64,000 bases of DNA. It comes from a virus. Location of the stretch: IMG/VR virus record IMGVR_UViG_3300043570_001741, positions 1 to 64,000 of that record; one strand, 5' to 3'. This document shows positions 47,393 through 55,666 of this stretch, in pieces. The notes beneath the pieces were generated by a model. That model worked only from the letters and a program-made list of their open reading frames with translations, was not told where the DNA came from and did no database searches. Each line of letters begins with the position of its first letter. The stretch's first letter is position 1. Both the position numbers and the translations under genes were made by a program.

Positions 47393-48727
47393 TTGATGAC
47401 ACCAGCAGATTTAAAGAAAGAAGCCGGCAAAGGTCCATATAAAGGAATTGCACGTAGTCAAATTATTAAATTGAAAATTGCTGACGGAAAAGAGTTTACT
47501 TTAAACAATGGAGCTAAAGTAAAAGGCACCAATTGGGATGAGAAAACCTATACTCTATTTGTCGGCACTCGTAAAATTTCTTTGAAAGAGGTTAAGAAAG
47601 ACCCCGACTTTGGCGGTGGTGGTTCTGGTGCTGGTGCTGATGTTACTGCTATCGTTGAATGTGGTCAAGCATTAGTTTGTTCCTTGATTTATAATGTGAT
47701 AAAAAAAGAAATTAAATGGGAAGATTTGACGTATGATGGCCTACAAAAGGCAATGCAATATTGCGATTTGTCTGAAACCTTTGATACAATCATAGACCGT
47801 TCACCTCCAGAGTGGGTACAATCATATGTAAAATCAGCAAACATATTGTATAGAAATTATAAAATGTCTGGAACACCTGTGTATTTTCATAGAGGTTCTA
47901 AATTTATGAACGAAGTATATTCTGGAAAAAAGATTGTATTTGATGCTGATAAAAAATCAGATAACCCACAAGCACCAGGTTCTTTTTCTGATGACAAATG
48001 GAATCCAGGAGATATTTGGATGACCACTTTAAAAACTGTGCCAAAAATTAGTACCGATTCTTGGGCTTCATTGAACAAAGACATTTATGACTTAGCTAGA
48101 GCCAAAAAATTAGTTGGTGTGTCTTTAAAAAAGGTTGGCGCTTCAGCACACATTGAAGAATATAACGCATTATCGGCTAAACAAACAAAAGAATATCGAT
48201 ATGCCAGTTTCAGAGTAACATCTGCTTCAGAACGTGGCCCATTACCTCCATTCTTCAATTCTATTGACTTGTACATGTCCATTGGCGATAGAGAAGTACA
48301 GTTTCGAGCTACATCTGGTGAAGCCAGCTGGCAAGGAGAAATTAAAGGAGCAACAGCTGCCGGTGGTAAAATTGGTGGTGGTAATGTCAACTTCTATTTG
48401 AAAAAATATGTTGGTAAAGGTTTATTTGATAAGAGTGAAGATGAAGTTTTAAAATTCGTTAAGACAAAAGACTTTTTTCCAGAATTTTATGCACTATATA
48501 AAAAACACTTTGATGGCAAAATATTACCATATGAAGAATTTGTTATGAATGCTAATAATAAACAAAAAGATTCAAAAGGATATCTGTTCTCTAAATATAT
48601 GAACATGAAATTTATTGATATATTCCTAAGTGCAAACACGGCTACTCGTAATAAAATTGCTACCGACTTTGTGAGATATGCTGCTTCGAATACAGACCAA
48701 AGTTCCTTTTTCGTAAAAATATCCTAA
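47393..48727 (+). CDS. Hypothetical protein, possibly a PD-(D/E)xK nuclease-like fold
   Basis: E..Q...DKWNPGDIW...VGVSLKK pattern. Confidence 0.5.
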   Translation: MMTPADLKKEAGKGPYKGIARSQIIKLKIADGKEFTLNNGAKVKGTNWDEKTYTLFVGTRKISLKEVKKDPDFGGGGSGAGADVTAIVECGQALVCSLIYNVIKKEIKWEDLTYDGLQKAMQYCDLSETFDTIIDRSPPEWVQSYVKSANILYRNYKMSGTPVYFHRGSKFMNEVYSGKKIVFDADKKSDNPQAPGSFSDDKWNPGDIWMTTLKTVPKISTDSWASLNKDIYDLARAKKLVGVSLKKVGASAHIEEYNALSAKQTKEYRYASFRVTSASERGPLPPFFNSIDLYMSIGDREVQFRATSGEASWQGEIKGATAAGGKIGGGNVNFYLKKYVGKGLFDKSEDEVLKFVKTKDFFPEFYALYKKHFDGKILPYEEFVMNANNKQKDSKGYLFSKYMNMKFIDIFLSANTATRNKIATDFVRYAASNTDQSSFFVKIS

Positions 48728-48728
48728 A

Positions 48729-49961
48729 ATGAAATTCACACAATTTTTAACCGAATCAAAAAAAGAAGGTGCTAACCTTCACCTAGAACACATTGAAGAT
48801 GAAGTTCTGAATCGTGGTGTATCTGGTGTTAGAGATGCAATCAACTTCTTGCAATCTCTCCGTGACATGCTCGCAGGCCATTCTAATTCTAAAGTGAACC
48901 TAACTACAAAATGGGATGGTGCACCTGCTATTTTCTGTGGTATTAATCCAGACAATGGCAAATTCTTTGTTGGTACTAAAGGTGTATTCAATGCCAATCC
49001 TAAGTTAAACTACACCGATGCAGACATTGATGCAAACCATGCTTCAGAAGGATTAAACTCCAAACTTAAAGTTGCATTACGTTATTTGCCAAAATTAGGC
49101 ATTAAGGGTGTATTACAAGGCGACATGATGTTTGCTAAAGGTGATATACAGAACAAAACAATTGATGGTGAAGACTACATCACATTTCAACCAAATACAA
49201 TTGTCTATGCTGTGCCTGCTGATTCTAAGTTAGCACAAATGATGTTGGCTGCTCAGATGGGTGTGGTGTTTCATACTTCATATACAGGTAAAACATTCTC
49301 TGATATGAAAGCCTCATTCAACATTGATATTAAGAATCTTACAACAACCAAAGATGTTTGGTTCCGTGATGCTTACTTTGTTGATGCTTCAGGCACTGCC
49401 TCATTTACCGAAGAAGAAACAAGAACTGTCACATCTATTCTGTCTCAAGCAGGCAGAACTTTTCAAACAATCAATTCATTAAACTTGAATCGTATTTCAA
49501 CAAGTGATGTTATTCTTACATACATTAAAACATTCAATAACACCAAAGTGCGTGAAGGTCTGAAGATTAAAGACACAAGAGCTCACACACTAGAGTTGAT
49601 TCGTTGGGTTGAGGCTAAATTGAACAAAGACATTATTGATGCCAAGAAGGAAGAAACCAGACAGAAACGTATCAAAGAGAAAACAGAGATTATGCGTTTC
49701 TTCCGTAATGCGTCAACAGACTTGAAAAACATTTTTGATTTGATGAATCAGTTGGTTGATGTTAAGAATATGATTGTTAAGAAGTTGCAACAAATGAAAC
49801 AAGTAACCAATACATTCTTACGTACTGATGATGGTTTCAAAGTTACCAATCCAGAAGGTTTTGTGGCAGTTGATAGGTTAAAAGGTAATGCTGTTAAGTT
49901 GATTGATAGACTGGAATTTGCTCATGCTAACTTTAATGCCGCTAAGAATTGGAGCAAGTAA
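48729..49961 (+). CDS. Conserved T4-like protein (DUF6267-like)
   Basis: HLEHIED, TKWDGAPA, QGD, PEGFV, KLIDRLEF motifs; KxDG resembles ligase-family motif I; N-terminus MKFTQFLTE. Confidence 0.65.
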   Translation: MKFTQFLTESKKEGANLHLEHIEDEVLNRGVSGVRDAINFLQSLRDMLAGHSNSKVNLTTKWDGAPAIFCGINPDNGKFFVGTKGVFNANPKLNYTDADIDANHASEGLNSKLKVALRYLPKLGIKGVLQGDMMFAKGDIQNKTIDGEDYITFQPNTIVYAVPADSKLAQMMLAAQMGVVFHTSYTGKTFSDMKASFNIDIKNLTTTKDVWFRDAYFVDASGTASFTEEETRTVTSILSQAGRTFQTINSLNLNRISTSDVILTYIKTFNNTKVREGLKIKDTRAHTLELIRWVEAKLNKDIIDAKKEETRQKRIKEKTEIMRFFRNASTDLKNIFDLMNQLVDVKNMIVKKLQQMKQVTNTFLRTDDGFKVTNPEGFVAVDRLKGNAVKLIDRLEFAHANFNAAKNWSK

Positions 49962-50239
49962 TGGATAAGAAATTTGATTTAACCGAAATCTTAGCCGAGT
50001 ATGGTGAAGACGACTTTGGATTTACGGCAACTGACGAAGAAGAATACAATGCGGTTATTGCGGAAAAAGATGAAACAGTTGAAGAATACAAAGCAAGATT
50101 AGAAGCAGTTGAAAAGTTGATTCTGCCTTTCTTAACTAGGTTGTTAAAGACTGCTGACCAACCGATTATTAAGTGGCCTAACCGCAAGCCGGCATTAGAG
50201 GCACAAATTCAAAAGATATTAAACCTAACACGAGGTTGA
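49961..50239 (+). CDS. Hypothetical protein
   Basis: DDFGF..., LILPFL..L, IIKWPNR pattern. Confidence 0.6.
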   Translation: MDKKFDLTEILAEYGEDDFGFTATDEEEYNAVIAEKDETVEEYKARLEAVEKLILPFLTRLLKTADQPIIKWPNRKPALEAQIQKILNLTRG

Positions 50240-50240
50240 A

Positions 50241-50576
50241 ATGAAATTTACCGAATTCGATGAACTAATGGAAGCAGCCTATGCAGGCAATATCGGTATC
50301 ATGGAACTGATTAAGTTTAAAAGTAATGCTAGTCCAGAACAGAAAAAACAGTTTGATGACCATGTGAAGAACAAGCGCCACAAAGACGCATGGAAGATGG
50401 TCCAAGACGTTACAGGAGTCAAACTACATAAGAGTGTGCATGAAGAAATTAAACCTGATATCCTGCCTAAATCTGGCGCAGGTGCATGGGGAACAGATAC
50501 TCTGGCAAACAACTATAAAAAAGGCACGCCTGGCCAAAACATTACCTCATTTAAAGACTACAAAACAACTAAGTAA
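50241..50576 (+). CDS. Hypothetical protein (putative internal head protein)
   Basis: MKFTEF..E N-terminus; GT..L...YKK.TPGQ motif. Confidence 0.55.
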   Translation: MKFTEFDELMEAAYAGNIGIMELIKFKSNASPEQKKQFDDHVKNKRHKDAWKMVQDVTGVKLHKSVHEEIKPDILPKSGAGAWGTDTLANNYKKGTPGQNITSFKDYKTTK

Positions 50577-50593
50577 ACCAACTGGAGTATATT

Positions 50594-51430
50594 ATGAAAG
50601 ATTTGATAATCGGTGCAAGTACCAACTATGATTGGGACAAATTAAAATATTGGATTAATTCCATTAATAAATCGGGATTTGAAGGTGATAAAGTCCTGAT
50701 TCTAATGAACTGTGATGCAGCCACAGTTAAAAAAGTTAACGCAGCAGGTTTTAAAGTTATTGGATTCAACCAAGATTCCGATGGTAACTTGACCTACAAA
50801 TCAGAAATGCCAATCCACGTTGAGCGATTTGGCCATATCTACGAATATCTCCGCAAAAATGAATATCGTTACGTCATTACGACAGACGTAAAGGATGTTA
50901 TTTTCCAATCCAACCCTATTGACTTCTTAGAAGCAAATTGCCTTAGACATAATCTGGTGTTTTCTTCTGAGAGCATGTTATACAAAGACGAACCTTGGGG
51001 CAACCAAAACCTGTTGGAGACTTTTGGCCCTTATGTACACGGAATTTACAAAGAAAATGAAATCTATAATGTTGGTGTTCTTGCTGGTACTGGCTCTGCG
51101 GTGCGTGATTTGGCAATTAACATCTTCACCATGGCAGCAAACTGTCCGATACCAATTTGCGACCAATCAACATTTAACTTCATGGTCTCTATGAGTCCTT
51201 ATAAAGAAACTTCTCTTTATACTCAATCAGAAACAGGTTGGGCTTGCCAGTTGGGCACAACAGCAGACCCTAGTAAGATTAATCAATTTAAACCACATCT
51301 GTTAGAACCATCTCCTTCTATGTACCGAGGTATTGTGACCACATCAAAAGGAATTCCATACCATATTGTTCATCAATATGATAGAGTGCCTGAAATGCGC
51401 CGGATGATTGAGGAGAAATACGGTGAGTAA
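50594..51430 (+). CDS. Glycosyltransferase-like protein
   Basis: TDVKDVIFQ, N.GV..G, DQ..FN, IVHQYDR motifs. Confidence 0.7.
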   Translation: MKDLIIGASTNYDWDKLKYWINSINKSGFEGDKVLILMNCDAATVKKVNAAGFKVIGFNQDSDGNLTYKSEMPIHVERFGHIYEYLRKNEYRYVITTDVKDVIFQSNPIDFLEANCLRHNLVFSSESMLYKDEPWGNQNLLETFGPYVHGIYKENEIYNVGVLAGTGSAVRDLAINIFTMAANCPIPICDQSTFNFMVSMSPYKETSLYTQSETGWACQLGTTADPSKINQFKPHLLEPSPSMYRGIVTTSKGIPYHIVHQYDRVPEMRRMIEEKYGE

Positions 51431-52133
51431 CGCATTAGTAATGGCAGGTCATGTAAGAACCTTTAAAAGTATCGCAGAAGAACTAACACATTTTATTCGC
51501 TTCAATGAATTGGATGTGTATCTGTATATTTGGGATGAAGGCAACCAAGATGAAATTGATTTTGTTGTTAAGACTTTGAAGCCAATTAAATGGAAGGCAG
51601 AGAAGAATGAAATTTATCTGCCAGAATTCCTTGAGGCTGAACAAAGAATCGTAACAAAAAATCCAAAAGAACTTATTACACCAGATAAAAACTTTGCAAC
51701 ACTATCGATGCACTTTGCACGTAGAAAAGCATTTGAGTTGATTGAAAAAGAATATGATAATGTTGTATTCTCCAGATTTGATACACATATGAATGCCTTC
51801 AGAATCAAAGCAATTGTTTCTGAATTTCCTGATGCAGTTGTTACACCAACCAATGAGCAGTATGGTATGGTGTCTGATATCTTTGCTATTGTTCCATGGA
51901 AATATGCAGACAACTACTTCTTCTACCCACGAGCAGAAGATATCTTGTCACGTAGATTCAATAAGAAAATGAAAGAATGGTTATCAGTTAAATTCTATTG
52001 GGAAAATGCTCAAAGAGATATCCGTTTACATGATGAGAATAGATATTGCCCACACATGTTGTGTATGAGAAACTTTTTTGAAACAAACACACCATATACT
52101 GTTGTTGATTTGCCTGTATTTTTAAGAAGATGA
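51423..52133 (+). CDS. Glycosyltransferase-like protein
   Basis: GHVRT, DVY.YIW, YD.V..SRFD motifs; GTG start after a GGAG SD. Confidence 0.6.
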   Translation: MSNALVMAGHVRTFKSIAEELTHFIRFNELDVYLYIWDEGNQDEIDFVVKTLKPIKWKAEKNEIYLPEFLEAEQRIVTKNPKELITPDKNFATLSMHFARRKAFELIEKEYDNVVFSRFDTHMNAFRIKAIVSEFPDAVVTPTNEQYGMVSDIFAIVPWKYADNYFFYPRAEDILSRRFNKKMKEWLSVKFYWENAQRDIRLHDENRYCPHMLCMRNFFETNTPYTVVDLPVFLRR

Positions 52134-52134
52134 T

Positions 52135-52833
52135 ATGAAAATTGCTTTATGTTTATCTGGCCAAGCCAGAAGTTTCAAACAAGGTTATGAATACTATAAA
52201 AGAAACCTATTAGACAAACACGATGTGGATATATTCATTCACACATGGGAAGCTGAAGGCCTTGAAGAACTCCGTCAGTTGTATAAACCTGTAAAGATGG
52301 TGGTTGAGAAACCATTGGTTGGTGATTTTGATAAGAAGTACACAAACACACCAAATGCACAGGCACACCCATCACGCTTCACGGTGGCTATGTTGTATTC
52401 TATTTTCCAAACTATGTTGTATAAGACAGAACAGGAAATGGATAAAAAGTTTCTGTATGATTGGGTTATCAAGTCACGTACAGATTATGCCTTGAATGTG
52501 GAGATTCCATTTGCAGATTTGGATCCAACTAAGTTGTATATTCCAAATTGCAGAATGGTGCCTGAACGTGATTTTGGTAATGACCAATTTGCATTTGGTA
52601 ATTCAAATGTGATGAATCGTAGAATGTCAATTTACTTGAATATGGAACACTACTATGACCAAGGTGTTCAGATGATTGGTGAAGATATGATGAGAGCTCA
52701 TCTACACCACCACAGTCTTATTGGTGAGAATCTAGTTTATGTGAACATGAACAACCCATTTCCACCTGGCCAATTTAACGGCACTTGGCATAGTTTAATT
52801 AGGGATGATGCTGCCGAATGGAAGAAAAAGTAA
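52135..52833 (+). CDS. Glycosyltransferase-like protein (paralogous to the previous gene)
   Basis: MKIALCLSGQAR, DIFIHTW, YDWVIKSRTD, NDQFAFG motifs. Confidence 0.65.
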   Translation: MKIALCLSGQARSFKQGYEYYKRNLLDKHDVDIFIHTWEAEGLEELRQLYKPVKMVVEKPLVGDFDKKYTNTPNAQAHPSRFTVAMLYSIFQTMLYKTEQEMDKKFLYDWVIKSRTDYALNVEIPFADLDPTKLYIPNCRMVPERDFGNDQFAFGNSNVMNRRMSIYLNMEHYYDQGVQMIGEDMMRAHLHHHSLIGENLVYVNMNNPFPPGQFNGTWHSLIRDDAAEWKKK

Positions 52834-53558
52834 TTAAAGAACTTAAAGGACATTCTGGTAGTAAAATCTATCTAATGTCTGATAAGTATAAAAAATTCAT
52901 TAGAAAAGTTGGTAACACAGAAAGAAACTACGAGAGGTTAATTTCTCTCGCTGGTTATTATCCTGTACCTAACATCTTTGAATACAAAGACCCCGTGTTG
53001 GATATGGAATATATTCATGGCCTAGACATGAAGAACTATTTGTTATCTGGTTCAACACAGAATTTAACCAATTTTCTATTAGATATATTAAGTAGTTTTG
53101 CGGATAGTGTGGTTGACAAAGACTACACAGAAGTGTATAATAAGAAGTTGGAATGGGTTGATAAAGAAGATTTGCCTTTTACCAAAGATGAATTGATTGC
53201 TAAGTTGCCTAAAATTCTACCACAGTCACAGTATCATGGTGATTTGACTTTGGAGAATATACTGCATACAAGCAACGAATTCTATATGATTGACGCAGTT
53301 ACTATTGAATATGATTCATACATATTTGATATTGCTAAACTCAGACAGGATTTAGAATGCAAATGGTTTCTACGTGATACAAACCTGATGTTAGATGTTA
53401 AGTTGTCAAGCATTCAGAAAAGAATTCTAAAAGAGTTTCCATTAGCCAACAATGATTATATTCTAATATTGATGTTGTTGCGAGTATACCTACACACAAA
53501 ACCAGGCGACATGGAAAGACAATTTATAGTGAAAGAGATTAATAGATTATGGAAGTAA
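52818..53558 (+). CDS. APH/choline-kinase-like phosphotransferase
   Basis: GHSGS, MEYI, HGDLTLENI, MID, DIAKLRQD motifs. Confidence 0.8.
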   Translation: MEEKVIKELKGHSGSKIYLMSDKYKKFIRKVGNTERNYERLISLAGYYPVPNIFEYKDPVLDMEYIHGLDMKNYLLSGSTQNLTNFLLDILSSFADSVVDKDYTEVYNKKLEWVDKEDLPFTKDELIAKLPKILPQSQYHGDLTLENILHTSNEFYMIDAVTIEYDSYIFDIAKLRQDLECKWFLRDTNLMLDVKLSSIQKRILKEFPLANNDYILILMLLRVYLHTKPGDMERQFIVKEINRLWK

Positions 53559-54247
53559 TTGTACCGGCCGCAGGCCTATCAACTAGGTTTCCAAATATGA
53601 AACCAAAATATCTTCTGTTAGATAAAAATGACAGAATGATGTTAGCTAAATCCATCAACCCATATTTGTCTGAGGGTCACAATGTTACTGTTGGTATTCT
53701 TCAGGCACACATTGACAAATACGATTCTTACAACCTTTTAAAGGCTCAGTTTGGTGATAAGATTAACATTATTGTTATTCCAAAAGTAACAAGTGGTCCT
53801 GCTGATACTGTTTATCAGATTATTAAGGCTGCAAATATACCTGAAGACTCTGAGTTTTTGATTAAAGACTGTGATAGTTACTTCACACATACCAATACAC
53901 CTGGCAACTATGTCTGTATTAGTAGAATTGCAAACCATTTCATGTTAAGTAATTTGGCTGCCAAGAGTTTCGTGGTTTCAAATGAACAAGGCATTATTAC
54001 TGATATCATTGAGAAGAAAGTGGTATCTGATAAGTTTTGTGTTGGTGGTTATAAGTTTGAATCCATCAAACTCTATGTTGATACATATGAGAAATTAAAT
54101 AGTAATGTACATAATGAAATTTTTGTTTCACACATCATACAAGAATGCCTAATGAACGATTGTATCTTCTTTGAGAAGGATGTACAAGGTTATAATGATG
54201 TTGGAACAATAGAAGATTGGCGAAAATATAATGAGTCTCTTACCTGA
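53549..54247 (+). CDS. NTP-transferase (sugar/alcohol-phosphate nucleotidyltransferase)
   Basis: VPAAGLSTRF..KPK, KDCD, EKK, DVGT motifs. Confidence 0.8.
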   Translation: MEVIVPAAGLSTRFPNMKPKYLLLDKNDRMMLAKSINPYLSEGHNVTVGILQAHIDKYDSYNLLKAQFGDKINIIVIPKVTSGPADTVYQIIKAANIPEDSEFLIKDCDSYFTHTNTPGNYVCISRIANHFMLSNLAAKSFVVSNEQGIITDIIEKKVVSDKFCVGGYKFESIKLYVDTYEKLNSNVHNEIFVSHIIQECLMNDCIFFEKDVQGYNDVGTIEDWRKYNESLT

Positions 54248-54941
54248 TAAAAACCTAATCATTGTCACATCGGCATTGGCACCAAACATAGGTGTTATTC
54301 CAAATGAAGACAGATATAAACAAACGATTGATTCGTTGGTGTCTCTACGTAAACACTTTCCAAATGATATCATTTTATTTACTGATGGTTCACCAAATGA
54401 AGTTGACCAAAAATGGTTAGAAAACATTTCAAACCATGCCGACATTATGGCAGTGTGGCACCAAGACAAAGATGTGAACCACTATGCAAGCGGTGGTATG
54501 AAAAGTCAGGCTGAACTTGTGTTGTTAATGAAAACAATTAATGTGTTGTACAACAATCCAGACTTGATGAGTATGATGCATAGTGTTAAACGTATCTTTA
54601 AATACTCGGCACGTACAGTATTGCTTGATGAGTTTGATTTAAAAGAGTATGATGGTCTATTTGGAAAGTATGTGTTTAAGAAGGCCATTCCATCTTGGAT
54701 GCCTGATGAAGCTAAGTTGATGTTAACAGACCACTTGTACATCACTAGGATGTATTCATTGTGCCCATCATTGGTGAAGGATTACATGGCAACTTTGATG
54801 GCTTGTTTAGAAAATACTAATCAAGGAATGGATACAGAACACGCACACCACATGAACATAGATAAACGATACGTGATTGAATTTGATAAACTGCATTGTT
54901 CTGGCATAATGGCCAGTACAGGCGCAACTGAGGTATATTAA
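54231..54941 (+). CDS. Hypothetical glycosyltransferase-like protein
   Basis: IVTSA, R..QT..S..S, DGS, FKYSAR, D.EH motifs. Confidence 0.5.
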   Translation: MSLLPDKNLIIVTSALAPNIGVIPNEDRYKQTIDSLVSLRKHFPNDIILFTDGSPNEVDQKWLENISNHADIMAVWHQDKDVNHYASGGMKSQAELVLLMKTINVLYNNPDLMSMMHSVKRIFKYSARTVLLDEFDLKEYDGLFGKYVFKKAIPSWMPDEAKLMLTDHLYITRMYSLCPSLVKDYMATLMACLENTNQGMDTEHAHHMNIDKRYVIEFDKLHCSGIMASTGATEVY

Positions 54942-54942
54942 T

Positions 54943-55626
54943 ATGGATTTAAAAGAATACTGGCTAAACAACAACGGCAAAAAGATTACAAAGTGGACTC
55001 ATTACTTTTGGGTATATGACCGACACTTTGCGGCACTACGAGATAAACCAATTAAGATGTTGGAGATTGGTGTATTGAATGGTGGTTCATTGGAAATGTG
55101 GAAGAAATACTTCCATCCTGATAGTACAATCGTAGGTATTGATATTACACCTAGTTGTAAAGACTTTGAAGATGCTGAGAATAATGTTCATGTCCGCATC
55201 GGTGACCAATCTGATCCAGAATTCTTACAAAGCCTTGTAGATGAATTTGGTGAGTTTGATTTGGTTTTGGATGATGGCAGTCACCATGTTGACCATGTGA
55301 ACAAAACATTCCAGTCCTTGTATCCAAAGATTGCTAAAGATGGTGTTTACTTCATTGAAGATACACATGCGGCATATTGGAATTCTCATGGAGGTTCTAT
55401 TGACCATCCAGATTCAATCAACAATGTGGCCAAGACCATGATTGATAAGTTGAATGCAGACCACACCAAAGGTCAAATTGCACCAGATTTCTTCACACAT
55501 GAAACAAAGTGCATGTCGTGTTATGATAGTATTGTGGTGTTTGAGCGTGGTAATGTGGGTGCTAAAATTCCACAAGAGTATGGTGGACCAAAATCTGATG
55601 AGGTTTTGATTATCAGAACTCACTAA
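54943..55626 (+). CDS. Class I SAM-dependent (sugar O-)methyltransferase
   Basis: KW.HYF..Y, LEIGV..GGS, GDQSD, DDGSH, IED motifs. Confidence 0.85.
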   Translation: MDLKEYWLNNNGKKITKWTHYFWVYDRHFAALRDKPIKMLEIGVLNGGSLEMWKKYFHPDSTIVGIDITPSCKDFEDAENNVHVRIGDQSDPEFLQSLVDEFGEFDLVLDDGSHHVDHVNKTFQSLYPKIAKDGVYFIEDTHAAYWNSHGGSIDHPDSINNVAKTMIDKLNADHTKGQIAPDFFTHETKCMSCYDSIVVFERGNVGAKIPQEYGGPKSDEVLIIRTH

Positions 55627-55666
55627 ATACTAAATAAGACATTAACAACTGCTGCAGAGGCGGGAC

